Shown: one piece after another, positions 1-11,933 of the stretch
Layout of the letters: every line of letters starts with the position of its first letter
How positions within the stretch are numbered: position 1 is the first letter of the stretch
Origin: Tricharina praecox
Lineage: Eukaryota
Assembly (NCBI RefSeq): GCF_024521635.1
Contig: NW_026250421.1
Coordinates: 434,001 to 498,000 of the forward strand
Direction of reading: 5' to 3'
DNA: 64,000 bases
Notes under the pieces: model-generated
The model's input: the letters and a program-made list of their open reading frames with translations, nothing else
Database searches by the model: none
What the model was told of the DNA's origin: nothing
Position numbers and translations under genes: made by a program

Positions 1-639
1 CAAAAGTACACCAGCGGCCAGTGGCCAGCCAATCTCGGTCATCAGTGTTCAGTGCTCACGCCAGAAAACGCCGCCTCAGTCATAGTTAATTACGTATCAT
101 ACATTCATCATTCCCCGCTCCCTCTCGAGTCTTTCTAGAGGTACCGGTTTTATTCTTACACACCATCGGCTGTCCAGTGCCCGAGGATAGGAAATGCCAT
201 GGCTAAATAGCTCTAAAAGCTCACAGTTGTTCAACTGGCGTTGATAATATATGGTTTTTAGGAGCTCATACGGCTGACCGGAGTACTCAAAAGGCAATAT
301 GCTAGTTGGTATCCGCGGCGGCGAGCCAGGCCTGGTACTGTAGGGCGGCATAGTCGGAGGACAAGGCGTGCCGGCTGTAGGAAGACCAGGGGCTGTTAAA
401 CATCGAAGAACGGCGAAGGACAACGTACGATTCTTTCTAGATGTGTGATGACGAATAAGTAGGTAGTCCGCTGATCTCGCCGTGGTTACCGCGCTGTCTT
501 TATCGTTGGTTCAAACGCAGAAAGACGTCACATCAGATCCATCCAAAGCACACGGCATGTTGTTCGCTCGTTCGACGCAGACAGCTTTGCGGCGGAATTT
601 ATCTGTCACGGGGGTGGCACTCACCACTTTATAGGGTTT

Positions 640-900
640 GAATTCATGTTTCTAGCACGGAAAAAACCCTGCGTGGTCTAGTGGTTTAGGCCATGCAATC
701 GGCGAGGGAAGTTAAGGGAATATCCCCGGTTCAAAACCGGGTGAAAACCTTATCAGCTCTTGGGGTTTCCAAGCCACTCACCGGGGGTGGTGAAGGTTTT
801 TGTTTTTGTTTTTGGGTGACGGGGGGAGCACTAGTTGGATATCACTCGGTAGTATCACGTGACACTGCGCCCTTACGCTGCCGTCTGTGGAGGCGAGAAT
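640..900 (+). repeat. tRNA-related SINE-like dispersed repeat, copy 1
   Basis: A-box-like TGGTCTAGTGG (674-684), B-box GGTTCAAAACC (728-738) in a CCCGG/CCGGG hairpin, and a (TTTTTG)n run. Colinear with 62926-63235 from GAATTCATGT to TGTGGAGGCGAGAAT. Confidence 0.6.
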
Positions 901-959
901 TATCCCTATGATGGACTTTATCATCGAGGGAAGGGAGGAAGCAAAACACCCCCTCGGTC

Positions 960-1062
960 AAAGAAGAAGAAGAAGAAAAGAAAAAGAAGAAGAAGGAACC
1001 CCGCCATGCCCACCAATGTTGATGTGCACCACTAACCACATTCGTTTTCTCCCGCCGAGTAG
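960..1062 (-). repeat. Short repeat with (CTT)n-rich tail, possibly a retroelement 3' end
   Basis: Reverse complement matches 33224-33314 (TCGGCGGGAGGAAGCGAATGCGGTTAGTAGTGGGCATCAACGTTGGCGGGCATGGTGGGG + TTC tail) and the fragment at 63452-63480. Confidence 0.6.
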
Positions 1063-1814
1063 CCGATAGCTCCTTTATCGCTCGCCACAATGTCGTCGTC
1101 GTCGTCTTGAAAAGGATTTAGCTCGTAGAAGGTGATTCGAGGTGTGAACGATAAAGTCTTTAGCCCGGTTTTTAGTATTCCTCCTGTGCCAGTTCGCTTG
1201 CATCTCGATACTCGTGGCCATGCTGCTGGGATGCCAAATCTGGCGATTGTGGACTTCAGGCTTATTGGCGGAAACTGTGGCCTATCGCACGCCTTGCTGG
1301 CCCCTGGGTAGAAACGTGCTCTGTGCTCACCCCGACCAGCCGATTCCGCAAAAGGAGCTATTAAAACTAGATGCATACCATGCCGCTTACCTAACTGTAT
1401 AGATGCAAATATGTAATTCGAATTCTATCAATACTTATGCGGAGTACTATCCCACGAAACCACTCACCTAAATGTATGATATACCCATACTGTGGTGCGA
1501 AATTTGCTGGCCACCCAAACTCGCACCGACACTTGATGCTAGAAAAGAACATGGACTTACATGGCCCTGTATACACTTCGGCTCACAGACTAAAACGAAA
1601 GGTCTGCGCATTCCTAACTTTTGCAGAGATTGTTCGGATGTCTTGTAGCGTTAGTTGTTGAGATCGTCGCTGTTGCATTGACTCATATATCATCATTCGC
1701 ACGTATGACTGTGCTCCTTCTTGGCGGGGCTGAACAAGGTTAGTCCGTGTAACAGCCCCACCATTGGTTTCATTTTACCCCACGCTGCTTTTCTCTCCTC
1801 CAAAACCCGTTTTA

Positions 1815-4800
1815 ATGACCGCCGAAACCACCCTCCATGGGCTCCAGCAGCAGCTTTCAAGCATTGCCACGCCATTCAGCCAAGACTATTTGAAGACAAT
1901 TCGCACCGTCTTGATCCAAAAGACTCTCGGCCCACCGTCGAACCTCGCACTGCCAGCGTCAGTCGCCCACGTCCGGGAGGGAGGGAAAGCTCGTACTGAC
2001 CAGCGTGCAGGGACGCGGCGACGACATTCTTCACACAGCTCCTCGCGACCGTCAACGATCCCGCAATATCGCAGCCGCACCGTGCGCTAGCCGCCGAAAC
2101 CGTTTCCGTATGGCTCATCCGCACGCGAGCGCACGACAGCCTCCGCGCGCCGTTCCCCGCCGCACTCGGAAAGCTCGGCGATGTGTTCCTGGCGCACTTC
2201 GATGACGCGACTTCGCTGTTGGCGAAGGCTCTGAAGGATCTACTGGCGAATGTGCTGGCGCTTGCGACCCGGTTAGGTGTGGCGGAAGAGGTGTTGGACT
2301 CGCTGGCGACGAAGGGGCTAGCCGGCGTGTCGGTCGGCGAGGGAAGGAAGGGTGCGTACTATGCGCTCGATCTGGCGGTCCGGAAGGGGGTCGGCGCGGC
2401 TTCCGTCTTTGAGAGAGCCGGTGGTGCCCAGAAGCTGGTAAGGCGGCTGTTGGCGAATCTGGTGGATCGGGACCGTGCACCTTCGATCGGGAAGCTGGTG
2501 GTTGGTCTGTTGAAGGCGAGGCGAAAGGAGTTGGGTGATGGGAAGGGGGAGCAGGAATGGATGCATATCTGGGAAGCGCCGCTGAGGGATGCTATGAGGA
2601 GCGAGGAATTGAGACATCGGGTGGTGACCTACGTTCTGTTAGGGGTGATGGGACTCAGCGCCGAATGTTTCCGGATATTCTTGGAAGGGTTCGGACTCGA
2701 TCAACATGGAAATCTCAAGGACATGGGGGATAGCGATTTAGGGGCACTATTATGCTGCTTGAAGGCAGGGAAGGAGCTTGGGTTCGTAGGGGAGATTGGT
2801 AGGTGGGAACCCGTAGATATGAGCAGAAGGATCTGACAGGAACAGGTGATGCGGATGCCACTGCACCCACAACTACAAAAGCCCCTACGATACGATTGCA
2901 GCCAGACCTGGTAACACCACTTCTCGGCCACGCTTATGCGCATATCCGACTCTCCGCCTTTAATCTTGTCATTCAATCCACATCGATCACTCGGCCGTTC
3001 ACTCACGAAGCACTCGCTCTCCTCGAGTCTGCCCTACCTCCCCTCTTCGTGGAGTCGGATGCCGAAACTCGAGATCAAATCATCGGTGGTCTCCGCAGTT
3101 TGATTGAGCGCCTTGCCCAGTCCACTTACTCTTGCGAGAAGGAGCTCAGGAACGTGCAGCTGAAACTGCGGTCCGGCCATCGACCTTCAAAAGACGACAT
3201 CCACAACATGATACAACTGGATTCGCGGATACGCGATGCAAGCAATTTCTGTGAATCGTATATCAACTTCCTCGAAACGCTGTTATGGCCGGGTGCAAAC
3301 TATCAACGTTGCATTATGGGGTTGCGTGCCATGTCATTTCTGATCCGCTCGGGCGTGGATGCTTCGTTGGCAGAATCCACATTTTCAGCTTTACCCGGAA
3401 ATGGATCTATCGCGTCCGACGGGGAACCTTTTAAGAAAGGAGTCTTCAAGTGGCCGGCATTCTCGCAGAAATTCCGTGTGTTTACCCCTGGAATCAAGAC
3501 TCTACTTCTGGAGGTCATGTCGAATGCGTTCGAAGATGTCCGCATCATGTCTTCGGAGCTTCTACGGTTCGACATCAGGTGGGATAAGTCCATCCTAATA
3601 CCTTTCTTGGAGCGTGGCATGAAGGCTATGAATGAGAGCGGACGACTGCGAGACTCCGACGGCGTGGCTAGAACTGTGTCTCTGATCTTTGACCTGGTGA
3701 AGAGAGGAGATATTTTCTTCGAGGAGGGCGAGATGATCCGGGGCTCCCCGATAGGACAGGGACACATCGGCATTGTCACGTGGTTGCTCGGTGTGATCGA
3801 GAAAGATTATCTTGCCATGGCGAGCGAGGATTTATCGCGTGCGGTCAGGGAAAGGCCTGTCCATGGACTATTTGAGTCTCTAGGAATGGTCTTGCGAGGT
3901 GTCTACCGCACAAATCTCTCAGAGGAATCTGTGCAGCTGCAGAAAGAAGTGCACGAGCGAGTATTCAGGACTTGCGAGGAAATCTGGAGACTGACTAAAG
4001 CACCCCTATGCTTCCAATCGCCGGAGGGCTACGTACCGAGTGAGATGGACGAGGAAGACGAGGATATGAATACACAGACGTTAATGTCGTATTCGTGGAG
4101 GGCTGTTAAGGAGTCATCCGAGCTCCTGGGCTTGATGCTTGGAGAAGCGCCGTTACCAACTCTCAACTCCATGGATTTTGAAAGAGGAGGCAATCTGTTG
4201 CTACAGCAACTGGGTGACATCCGCCATCGGGGTGCCTTTTCCGCTGTGGCGCCGTCTTTCGCTGCCTTATGCACACGGTGCTTCAAATCTACGGATTCTG
4301 CACTGGAGGAACTTCCCAAAACATGGCTTGCCAACAACCTCGATTCCATCATGGAGAAGTCCAGCGTCATCACACGCCGCTCCGCTGGCCTACCATCGCT
4401 GATCGTGGGCGTACTTGCTTCCGAACCTAATCCCGATCGCCCACTGCTTTCGAGCACGTTTGCCCGCCTCCTCGAGATCGCAACCCTCCCGGCGGCTGTG
4501 AGCAAGGACGGAGACAAGGTGGACCTCCCGCAGGTCCACGCTCTAAATTGCATCAAGTTCCTGTTTACAGATGCTCGGGTATCGCAAGTAGTCGTACCCT
4601 ACATCGGGGTGGGGCTGGAAGTCGCCGTCTCCTGCTTCGGCTCTGAGGTCTGGGCGATCCGCAACTGCGGTGTGATGTTGTTCACGTCACTCACAAACCG
4701 GCTCTTTGGACTGCGGAAGAGCAGGAACGATTATCACAGCAACTTTACTACTCGTTCGTTCTTTGAGAAATATGCGGCGGTGCGTTCCGTTTTGTTGAAT

Positions 4801-6532
4801 AATCTCCAGGAGAAGGTGGGGGGACTGGAGCGTGGGGAGGCTTCCTCTGTTGAGATGGTTTATCCTGCGCTTTCTCTCATTGCTCGGATGGAGGTGGATC
4901 CCGAGTACGAGGGCATGGAAGAGTTCCGTGGGTTAGTATTGGAATGCATGCGATCGCGCATTTGGAAGGTCCGTGAGATGGCCGCAAGGGCGTACACTGC
5001 GCTTGTGGGACCGGGCCAAGTCTTGAATGTCATAGCTGAGTTGATGGCTGTCGGTACAGAGAAGCAGAACGTTCTGCATGGCAACTTGTGTGCAGTCCGG
5101 GCATTGTTGGAACGAAGGGTCGGACAGGCTGTTCTCGAGGAAGTTGAGCCTGGATCTGTCTGGAAGAGCATCGGTGGTGTGTTCCAGGAAACGTTTGATT
5201 GCTTGGTAGTGAGGAATCGAAGTGCGGTCACCAAGGCTGTGATGATGCACATTTTAACAGCACATGCCGTCGATATTCTTGGAGATGGTAAGTACTCTAC
5301 GATCCTTATATTTTTTACACTGAGCTGAAATTCTTCTAGCGGACCACGCCGGACTCGCGGAGTGCATCGGGAGTTACATACTCCGGTGCGATGTATCCGA
5401 AGAGTGCAACCAATCTTCTGTGATTGGGCGCTCATTTTTGAAGGAGCATTTAGTTTCGTTCCATCTTACTTATACCCGCCTTCTACAGCATGCGCCAGAC
5501 CAGTTCTCCGAGGCGCTTAATGGCCTTCTACTTTGCGCCGACGAAGAAATCAATCTCTACACAGTCAACTTTATTTTAGCTTTGGAGAAATTGCCGGAAA
5601 TGACCACAGTATCCAAAGAGACTATGCGGCAGCAACTCTGGAATATGGTAGCAAATCACCAGTGGGACTTGGTGGTCGCCAGGGCTCTCACTCTACTGCA
5701 TCGTTGGTACACCGAGTACGACGACTGTGTCGATGGGTTGACAGATATGACGGACGCTGTGGCGTCGTTGATGGCCATGGTTCGAACCCCACGGACAGAA
5801 CCAATCAAGGAAGCCTCACTCTCCCTTCTTGGCCCACTGATCGCCAAAATCCCTGCCGAGAAACGCGAAGAACCACTGCGAACACTCCTCGCCGAGCTAT
5901 CTAAATTTTCGCAAGAAGAGCCATTCACAACACGTCTAGCAGCTTTGACATGCCTCGCCTCGCTTGCCCCGCTTCTCAAACTCTCCGGGGAACCAGACGA
6001 GAGCCTGATCTCTTCATACGTCCTACTGTTCGATTTTCTCAACGATGACGACGACGAGATTCGCCTCGCGGCGTCGCGCATCGCAAAGACTGTCCTTCCC
6101 GGAGAACAGATTCTGTTGCTGCCCCAGGTTGCCGCGCGAAATCTCACCCTCGCGCTGCGAAGAGCTTTCCCTACGTCTCAAATCCTCCTGCGGGAAGCAA
6201 TGGAGCGAGTCACAGGTGTCAGGGGAGACATCTCGGCTGCGGCGGCGAGAACCGCATGGGAACAGGCGACAAAGCGCGATACAATTCTGTTCCGCAGGGA
6301 GAAACAGAATCTGTGGGTAGATACTAAGGAGGTCGTGCAAGTGTGGGGCTTGGTGGCGCAGTTGCTTGTGGCTAGGGGCGGAAGTGTGGAGGGCCTGAAG
6401 GATTGGTTGGAGGCGGCGAAGGAGTGTGTGGGAAGTATGGAGGGCAGGGACGAACCTGGTGGATTGAAAAGTGAAGAGGAGGTTGCGGTGTTTGTGGAGA
6501 GGGTTGAGATTGTGGGGAGGATTTGTGGATAG
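1815..6532 (+). CDS. TRM732: THADA/Trm732-like tRNA 2'-O-methyltransferase regulator (DUF2428, HEAT/ARM repeats), about 1521 aa
   Basis: Model join(1815..1957,2011..2798,2846..5287,5340..6532) with GT-AG introns, in frame throughout. Family motifs SYSWRA, RHRGAF, TRRSAGLP, QVHALN and WAIRNCG are present. The first exon and start codon are less certain. Confidence 0.88.
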
Positions 6533-6891
6533 ACGGATGGATACCCGAGCCCATAGACAAGTACATGAGTACATGATAACATACGAGGTAAGCGTTAGAG
6601 GAAATTCAGATCAATTTCGTTTAAAGTTGCTATGACGTGAAGGGAGCAAACCTGATACTTCAAGATGGTCATACGGTGATGCATTGTGAAACAAAGTCTG
6701 AATACCGGTAGTTATCACGGGGTCATAGAACCATTATGTCTCATTGCATCCCGACACCCATCTCTACTTAAGTATCTATCCATCATTCCCAAAGCAGCAG
6801 GGCTACTGTACAGATTATGCTAAGTATGGGAGATCTTCCGAAAAAGTAATAGGTAACCATAGGTACCGGTATCTTAATTTCATCGGCCATT

Positions 6892-7692
6892 TCAAACAAA
6901 AAACATGGCCACAGTAAATGATAAGAAAAGAAGAGTAGGTACAACGGGGTGCACACCAGCGCCCGAAGGTGCAGGCGTAGGGGTACTCGTCGCAGCCGTT
7001 CCATTCGACACATTTGCCGGGACACCAGCGCTGACAGTCGGTTGCGCTTCCGCCGTCGAAGTCGCACTACCAGTCGGGCTCGTGCTCTTCGTACTGATCG
7101 TTCTCGTACTCGTGACCTCCCCACACCTCACCCTCAACTTCAAATCATCCACGTAGAATGGAAACACTGAAGTGCTCCCGAACCTAGTATCGACGCGCCA
7201 ACCCTGCAACATCGCCGCCTCCATATTCGTGAACTTCACGCCGTTCAGCAACCCGTCCTCGCCGACCTTGAACAGCACCGGCTTGCTCCAATCGTCGACC
7301 TCGACAGTCTTATTCTGCTTCCCGCCGTTCATATTGATATTATCGTTCAGATCGACGCGGAAGCGGATATCGGCATGCATCTGAAAATCCGGGAGGATGT
7401 AGAACTCGAGGATGTCGAAGTGGCAGCTCCTGTTCGTCGGCAGGATCACCAGCGCCGCGTTCCGCACGCGCAGCGAGTGCGGTGGCGAGTGCGCCCCGTA
7501 GTCGTCGATGCTCGTCGACTCAGAGGTGCTGTCCATCGCCGCCGAGAGGCGGAAGCCGAACATCGGCTGCGGCACCGCGCCGATTTCCGCCTCGTCGAAG
7601 TTGAACTCGATCGTTTCGCCGGATTGCGCGAGCGCCGTCGACGCCAGCAGCGCGGCGGCGAAAGCGAGGTTGCAGCAGCGCGAGTATATCAT
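6892..7692 (-). CDS. Secreted, probably GPI-anchored cell-surface protein, 266 aa
   Basis: ATG 7692 gives signal peptide MIYSRCCNLAFAAALLASTALA, then a globular region, a Ser/Thr-rich stalk and a hydrophobic C-terminus (SGAGVHPVVPTLLFLSFTVAMFFV). Confidence 0.75.
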   Translation of the reverse strand: MIYSRCCNLAFAAALLASTALAQSGETIEFNFDEAEIGAVPQPMFGFRLSAAMDSTSESTSIDDYGAHSPPHSLRVRNAALVILPTNRSCHFDILEFYILPDFQMHADIRFRVDLNDNINMNGGKQNKTVEVDDWSKPVLFKVGEDGLLNGVKFTNMEAAMLQGWRVDTRFGSTSVFPFYVDDLKLRVRCGEVTSTRTISTKSTSPTGSATSTAEAQPTVSAGVPANVSNGTAATSTPTPAPSGAGVHPVVPTLLFLSFTVAMFFV

Positions 7693-8589
7693 GGCGGGGT
7701 CAGAGGGTTGCTTTTTGGATGGTTTTTGCTGCGGATTTGTTTTTGCGGTGAACCGTTTTTTCTCCCTTTCGTTCTCCCGCATCAGCTGGTGGGCGTCGAG
7801 TTATATAGAGTACCTCCCCCGAGTCCCGACGCTCTGGACAACTTCAGGAACGAGAGTGGTCAGGTTACAAATAGAAAACTCATGCTCGTATCCAGCGTTA
7901 CTCAATATTTCCAACAGGTGACAATTGGCACTTTTGATTGGGCGCCTAACGTGGGTCGACTGTTACATATGTGCCTCCAGGCCTCCCGTATGTAGAGTAG
8001 GCGTTGGTGGCTCCGCCGGAGTTAATTTATGCATGCATGATTGGCGTGCAGGGGGGAGGGGCGGGCACTGCTCGTTCCATGATTCGCGTGCGGGGAGCCG
8101 CGCTCGGTTCCTGCACATGCCCGTTGACTGTTGTGCGAGTGAGTTGAGTCATAGTTATGGTTTTGGACACCTAAAGCAGGAGTAAATCTGAGCCGCTTAT
8201 TCTTCACAAAACAACATTGTTTTGGAAGAATAACTCCATTAGGAGCTTCTACACCACTCGCTGCGTTGCCTGATGGACTCGGATCTTTGGTACTCCTTCT
8301 GGTGGTGAAGAAAAGACACGGGGGTTTTGGAAGGAATGCCGCGTGGGTGTGGTCAAAATCCATGAAATCACATCGGTCACTCGGCATTGCTGGGGTACAT
8401 CGTCAGTGTTACTAAGCAGAAATTGACGTCGCGCCCTCCGCGACTACACATTAGTCTAGCTAGGTGTCTCCAATCATACTCTGGGTAACTTCTGTTCTGG
8501 AGTTCCGGTGCCGATACGCTTATAATCTTTGCGTGCCCTTCTGGAGCTTTCTCGATCAGTTAAGCCATTCGGAATCGGGGTCCTACATG

Positions 8590-9020
8590 TGTACGGATGT
8601 GGCTCATGGCGGCTCACTCGACTCGGGCAGCCCGCCGACGGGCAAAATGCGGCAGCCGAAGAGGCGACCCAGACCCAGGAGCACCTTCTCGAGTCCCGTC
8701 AGAAGTGGAAAATTCAGCAAAAGACACTATGGACACAGGTGTGCAAGGAGACAGGAGGGGCAAAGACCGCTTCAAAATCCGAAACCTCTTCGCAGACGGC
8801 CGATGCAGCCAGGCCATCTGAGACTTCCTCTCATCCACTGATGTGGGTAGGCAGATACGGGACTCGGTCGCTGAGGGAGATGCGGCAAGCGAGGTGTCCG
8901 AGACTCTGAGTGGGAGCTCAGGGGGCAGGAAGAGAGGAGGAGGAGGGCGCCGCTGGGGCCGAGGAATTGGGATCACTCACGCTGTTCCTCCCCACAGCTT
9001 CTTTCATAGCATCCCTAATG
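8590..9020 (+). mobile_element. Non-LTR (LINE-like) retrotransposon 3' relic, frameshifted
   Basis: Across frameshifts it reads QTQEHLL..KWKIQQKTLW.QVCKETGRGKDRFKIRNLFADGRCSQAI.DFLSSTDVGR...AASEVSE...LFLPTASFIAS, which resembles a LINE pol C-terminus. A related relic lies at 33720-33970. Confidence 0.6.
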
Positions 9021-9499
9021 AAGAGGGAGGAGGCGACGAAGCGGATTAGTGACTTGCGGTGGGACAGGGACGAGTCGAGGGGCCGGAAGTCGTCGTTTCC
9101 TAATGTTATTTCTACGATGCTCATACATCGTCGGGATAGGTCGGGGCGGGAGGAAGGGAAAGCCACATTGGGCCCCTTGATGAAAGTTGGGTTGGACAGT
9201 GGCGTGGAAACGGGGGGGTGCACGGGTAGATAATGCCATGATCTAGATAGTTCGCATGCAACTAATGAATGAATTAAGAACAGCCCAAGAAGGTTTCTCC
9301 TTTGTAACTGTGTGGTACCGCAGTGTGGAGTTTGCGGAAAATAAGTGGGGTCTTTTTTTAGTATGTAGGCAGCGGTGCAGAATGCATCGGGCCGCGGCGA
9401 TTGGGCTGTCTCTCTACCCGCACGGAGTAGGTAGGAAAGGGCCGGGTTTGTGGTCGCTATGGCCTGGTAACTAAGGCCGTGTGCGAAAACTACTACTAC

Positions 9500-9815
9500 T
9501 ATAGCACCTATATTCAGAAGAAGTGTGGCGTGCTGTTGAACATCTGGGATGCATGCCAAATGGGGTCACATCGGGGGAGATGACAGTTTTCTTGCGGTTG
9601 CAGCTTTCGTAACATTCAACTCGTCGAAACCGCGAATTTTGAAAATGCAGCTAGCACCCGAACATGCCCTTACCGTATCTACAAAATTCAAAACCGTTCC
9701 TTTCATTTCTTACCACCGATGCCGAGTGAGTGCATGACGTGAGGCTCCCGTGCCCCTGCCTTCCCGCGTGCGGCGTGGAAATGAATTCGCCGCCGCTACT
9801 TTTCCTGCCAACCTA
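9500..9815 (+). repeat. Solo 5' module (copy E) of the RAI1/DXO-like gene repeat unit
   Basis: Near-identical to 39879-40270 and to the reverse complement of about 58670-59014. Begins at the same TATAGC boundary and carries no coding sequence. Confidence 0.9.
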
Positions 9816-11344
9816 CACTATATATATCTACCGGTAGATTATGTTTGTAATCCCTGTAAGTTAGAGCAATTCGACCACGCCGAGGTGTTAAAGTGACTGG
9901 GTTAGGGTTCTAGGTGTCCACAAGTTTTTGATTCCCAAGGCCCATCTTGTTCTTTTCACGATTATGTCCGTCGACGACATAACGCTTTTAGTAGAGTATC
10001 TACAGTACATATTCTCCGGAAAGCTACACAAAGTGGACGTTGAATTTGAAGTTCCGGAAAACAACAAACTTTGCCATGGATCGTCGTAACAACGGTACAT
10101 AGGCACATACACATACGCTTGATTTCACACATCAGGGACCAGGCCGGAAAGCCATCTAACGCCCACGCCAAAAACCCAACTCCTAAAACACCGGCCGGAA
10201 ACATCATCAACCTTCCAAAGAAACCTCCCTCTCCCCAGCGTCGCCGCTCCACCCAGCGGACTACAGTTACATGCACCGATTCCATCATCCAGTAGCCCTC
10301 TGGCAAGCCCGACGTACTATGCTGTACCGGCGACGTTGCTAGCGGTAGCTGAAGCTCGAGTTCATCGTTGTGTCTCCGTCGATGCTACATACACACACCT
10401 GATTAGTACATATATTCGTGCGTTTTCCTTGCGGCGACAGACTATCGGTGGAAGGAAAGCCGAAGGGGCGGAGAGGCCAACCCGAGTCCGGATGCATTTC
10501 AGCGTGTATCGGGCACAATTGAAGGCAACCATGATGGTGACGAGAATGCTGATGATACCGATAGCCAACGAAGCGGCTTCTCCTTGGTTCATGCTTTCCT
10601 TGCTTTCTTTCTAGGTGGATGGATGGATAAATGTTTGTATATAGCGACTCTGTCGGGTAGGTATGTTTGTTGGATGCTCGGAGGAGGAATGGGAGAATAC
10701 CACTTGAGTTATATACGTTGTAGCTATATGTGAAAGAAGATGTCCGGAACGAAAGATGGGTGTGTGTAGTAACTTGAGCGTCGTAGTAATGTTTTTTGAT
10801 ATGGGGTGGTGGTTTACTGGCGCTTTTTGAGGCTGACTGGTCAGGGTTAACTAGCACGGGATTTGCGAAATAAAATGGGTATTATGTGTAACATCGCATG
10901 TTTACGATAACTCGGTTAAATGCCAGATCTCCCCGGGCCAACATATGCCAATAGTAGGGGATATATTCCCGACCCCAAGCGGTGTACACTGCGCACTGCT
11001 CACCCGATGTTGCCGAACTTAACTAGCTATTGCTTCTCACCGAGACCGGTGTCTGGCAAGTAGAGTAAGTAGGAGGGTAGGGAGCCATCTCAAGCCCCAT
11101 CCACCCTGCCCAACCCCATCCCCACAGAGCTTGGAAGTACCGGTATTATCGTCCAAGCTCCCATTCACTTTTGAGCCCGAGATGGCTGCTTTCGCCAATA
11201 ACTGGAGGCGCGCGCAGGAGCGTATGCCGTAGTTTGGACCACGCCCTTCCGAAGTCTGCAATTACTGCAACATCAACGATCACTAACTCAGTCTCCACTT
11301 TTTAGCCACCGCAAAGGTCGGAGTTAAAGCCAATGGCACTACAC

Positions 11345-11383
11345 TACCACTGCCACTGCCACTGCCACTGCCACTGCCACTGC
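11345..11383. repeat. (CCACTG)n microsatellite
   Basis: About 6 tandem hexamers are visible. Confidence 0.9.
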
Positions 11384-11933
11384 CTACATTACGTGTCCGA
11401 CAGTCTTATCTTACCCTTCCAACATCAGCGGTCGCCACTACCGTAGGTATCGTCACTTGCTGCTGCTGCTATTCCCTTCACATACGGCGTCGGGAATTCA
11501 AAGTTGTCACTACCATGATTTCCACCACCCCCTCGGAATATCTATGGTATTACTTTGTACCAAATTCATTTCACATCCCACTTCATTTCGTATCGATTGT
11601 CTGTCATAATTCATAGCATTCATCGTGTAAAAATCCCGTATCCCTCCCGCATCGCAACGCATCGCATCAAACAACATTCCAAATACCTCCCATTTTGCCA
11701 ATCAAGATACCCACAATGGAAAAAAGGAAAGAGGCAAAAAGGAAAAAGGCAAAAAAAACAACCAACCAACTGACAAAGAAAACAAGAAAATAAGGAAGGA
11801 AAAATAAATGTGCGTTTTGATATCACTCACATCCATCTGGAACCGCCCGCCAGCCAAAAGAAAAACGAAAACAAGAAGAAAAAAAAAGAACTCCGTTTTC
11901 CCCCCAGATCCGATCCGATCAGATCACAACAAA

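Noticed and set aside
1437..1661. Possible C2H2 zinc-finger ORF (YPYCGAKF...RH)
   Set aside because: The ligand set is incomplete, the ORF is short and there is no supporting gene structure.
8918..9559. 213-aa minus-strand ORF
   Set aside because: It spans the antisense of a LINE relic and the edge of repeat E, so it is probably a chance open frame.
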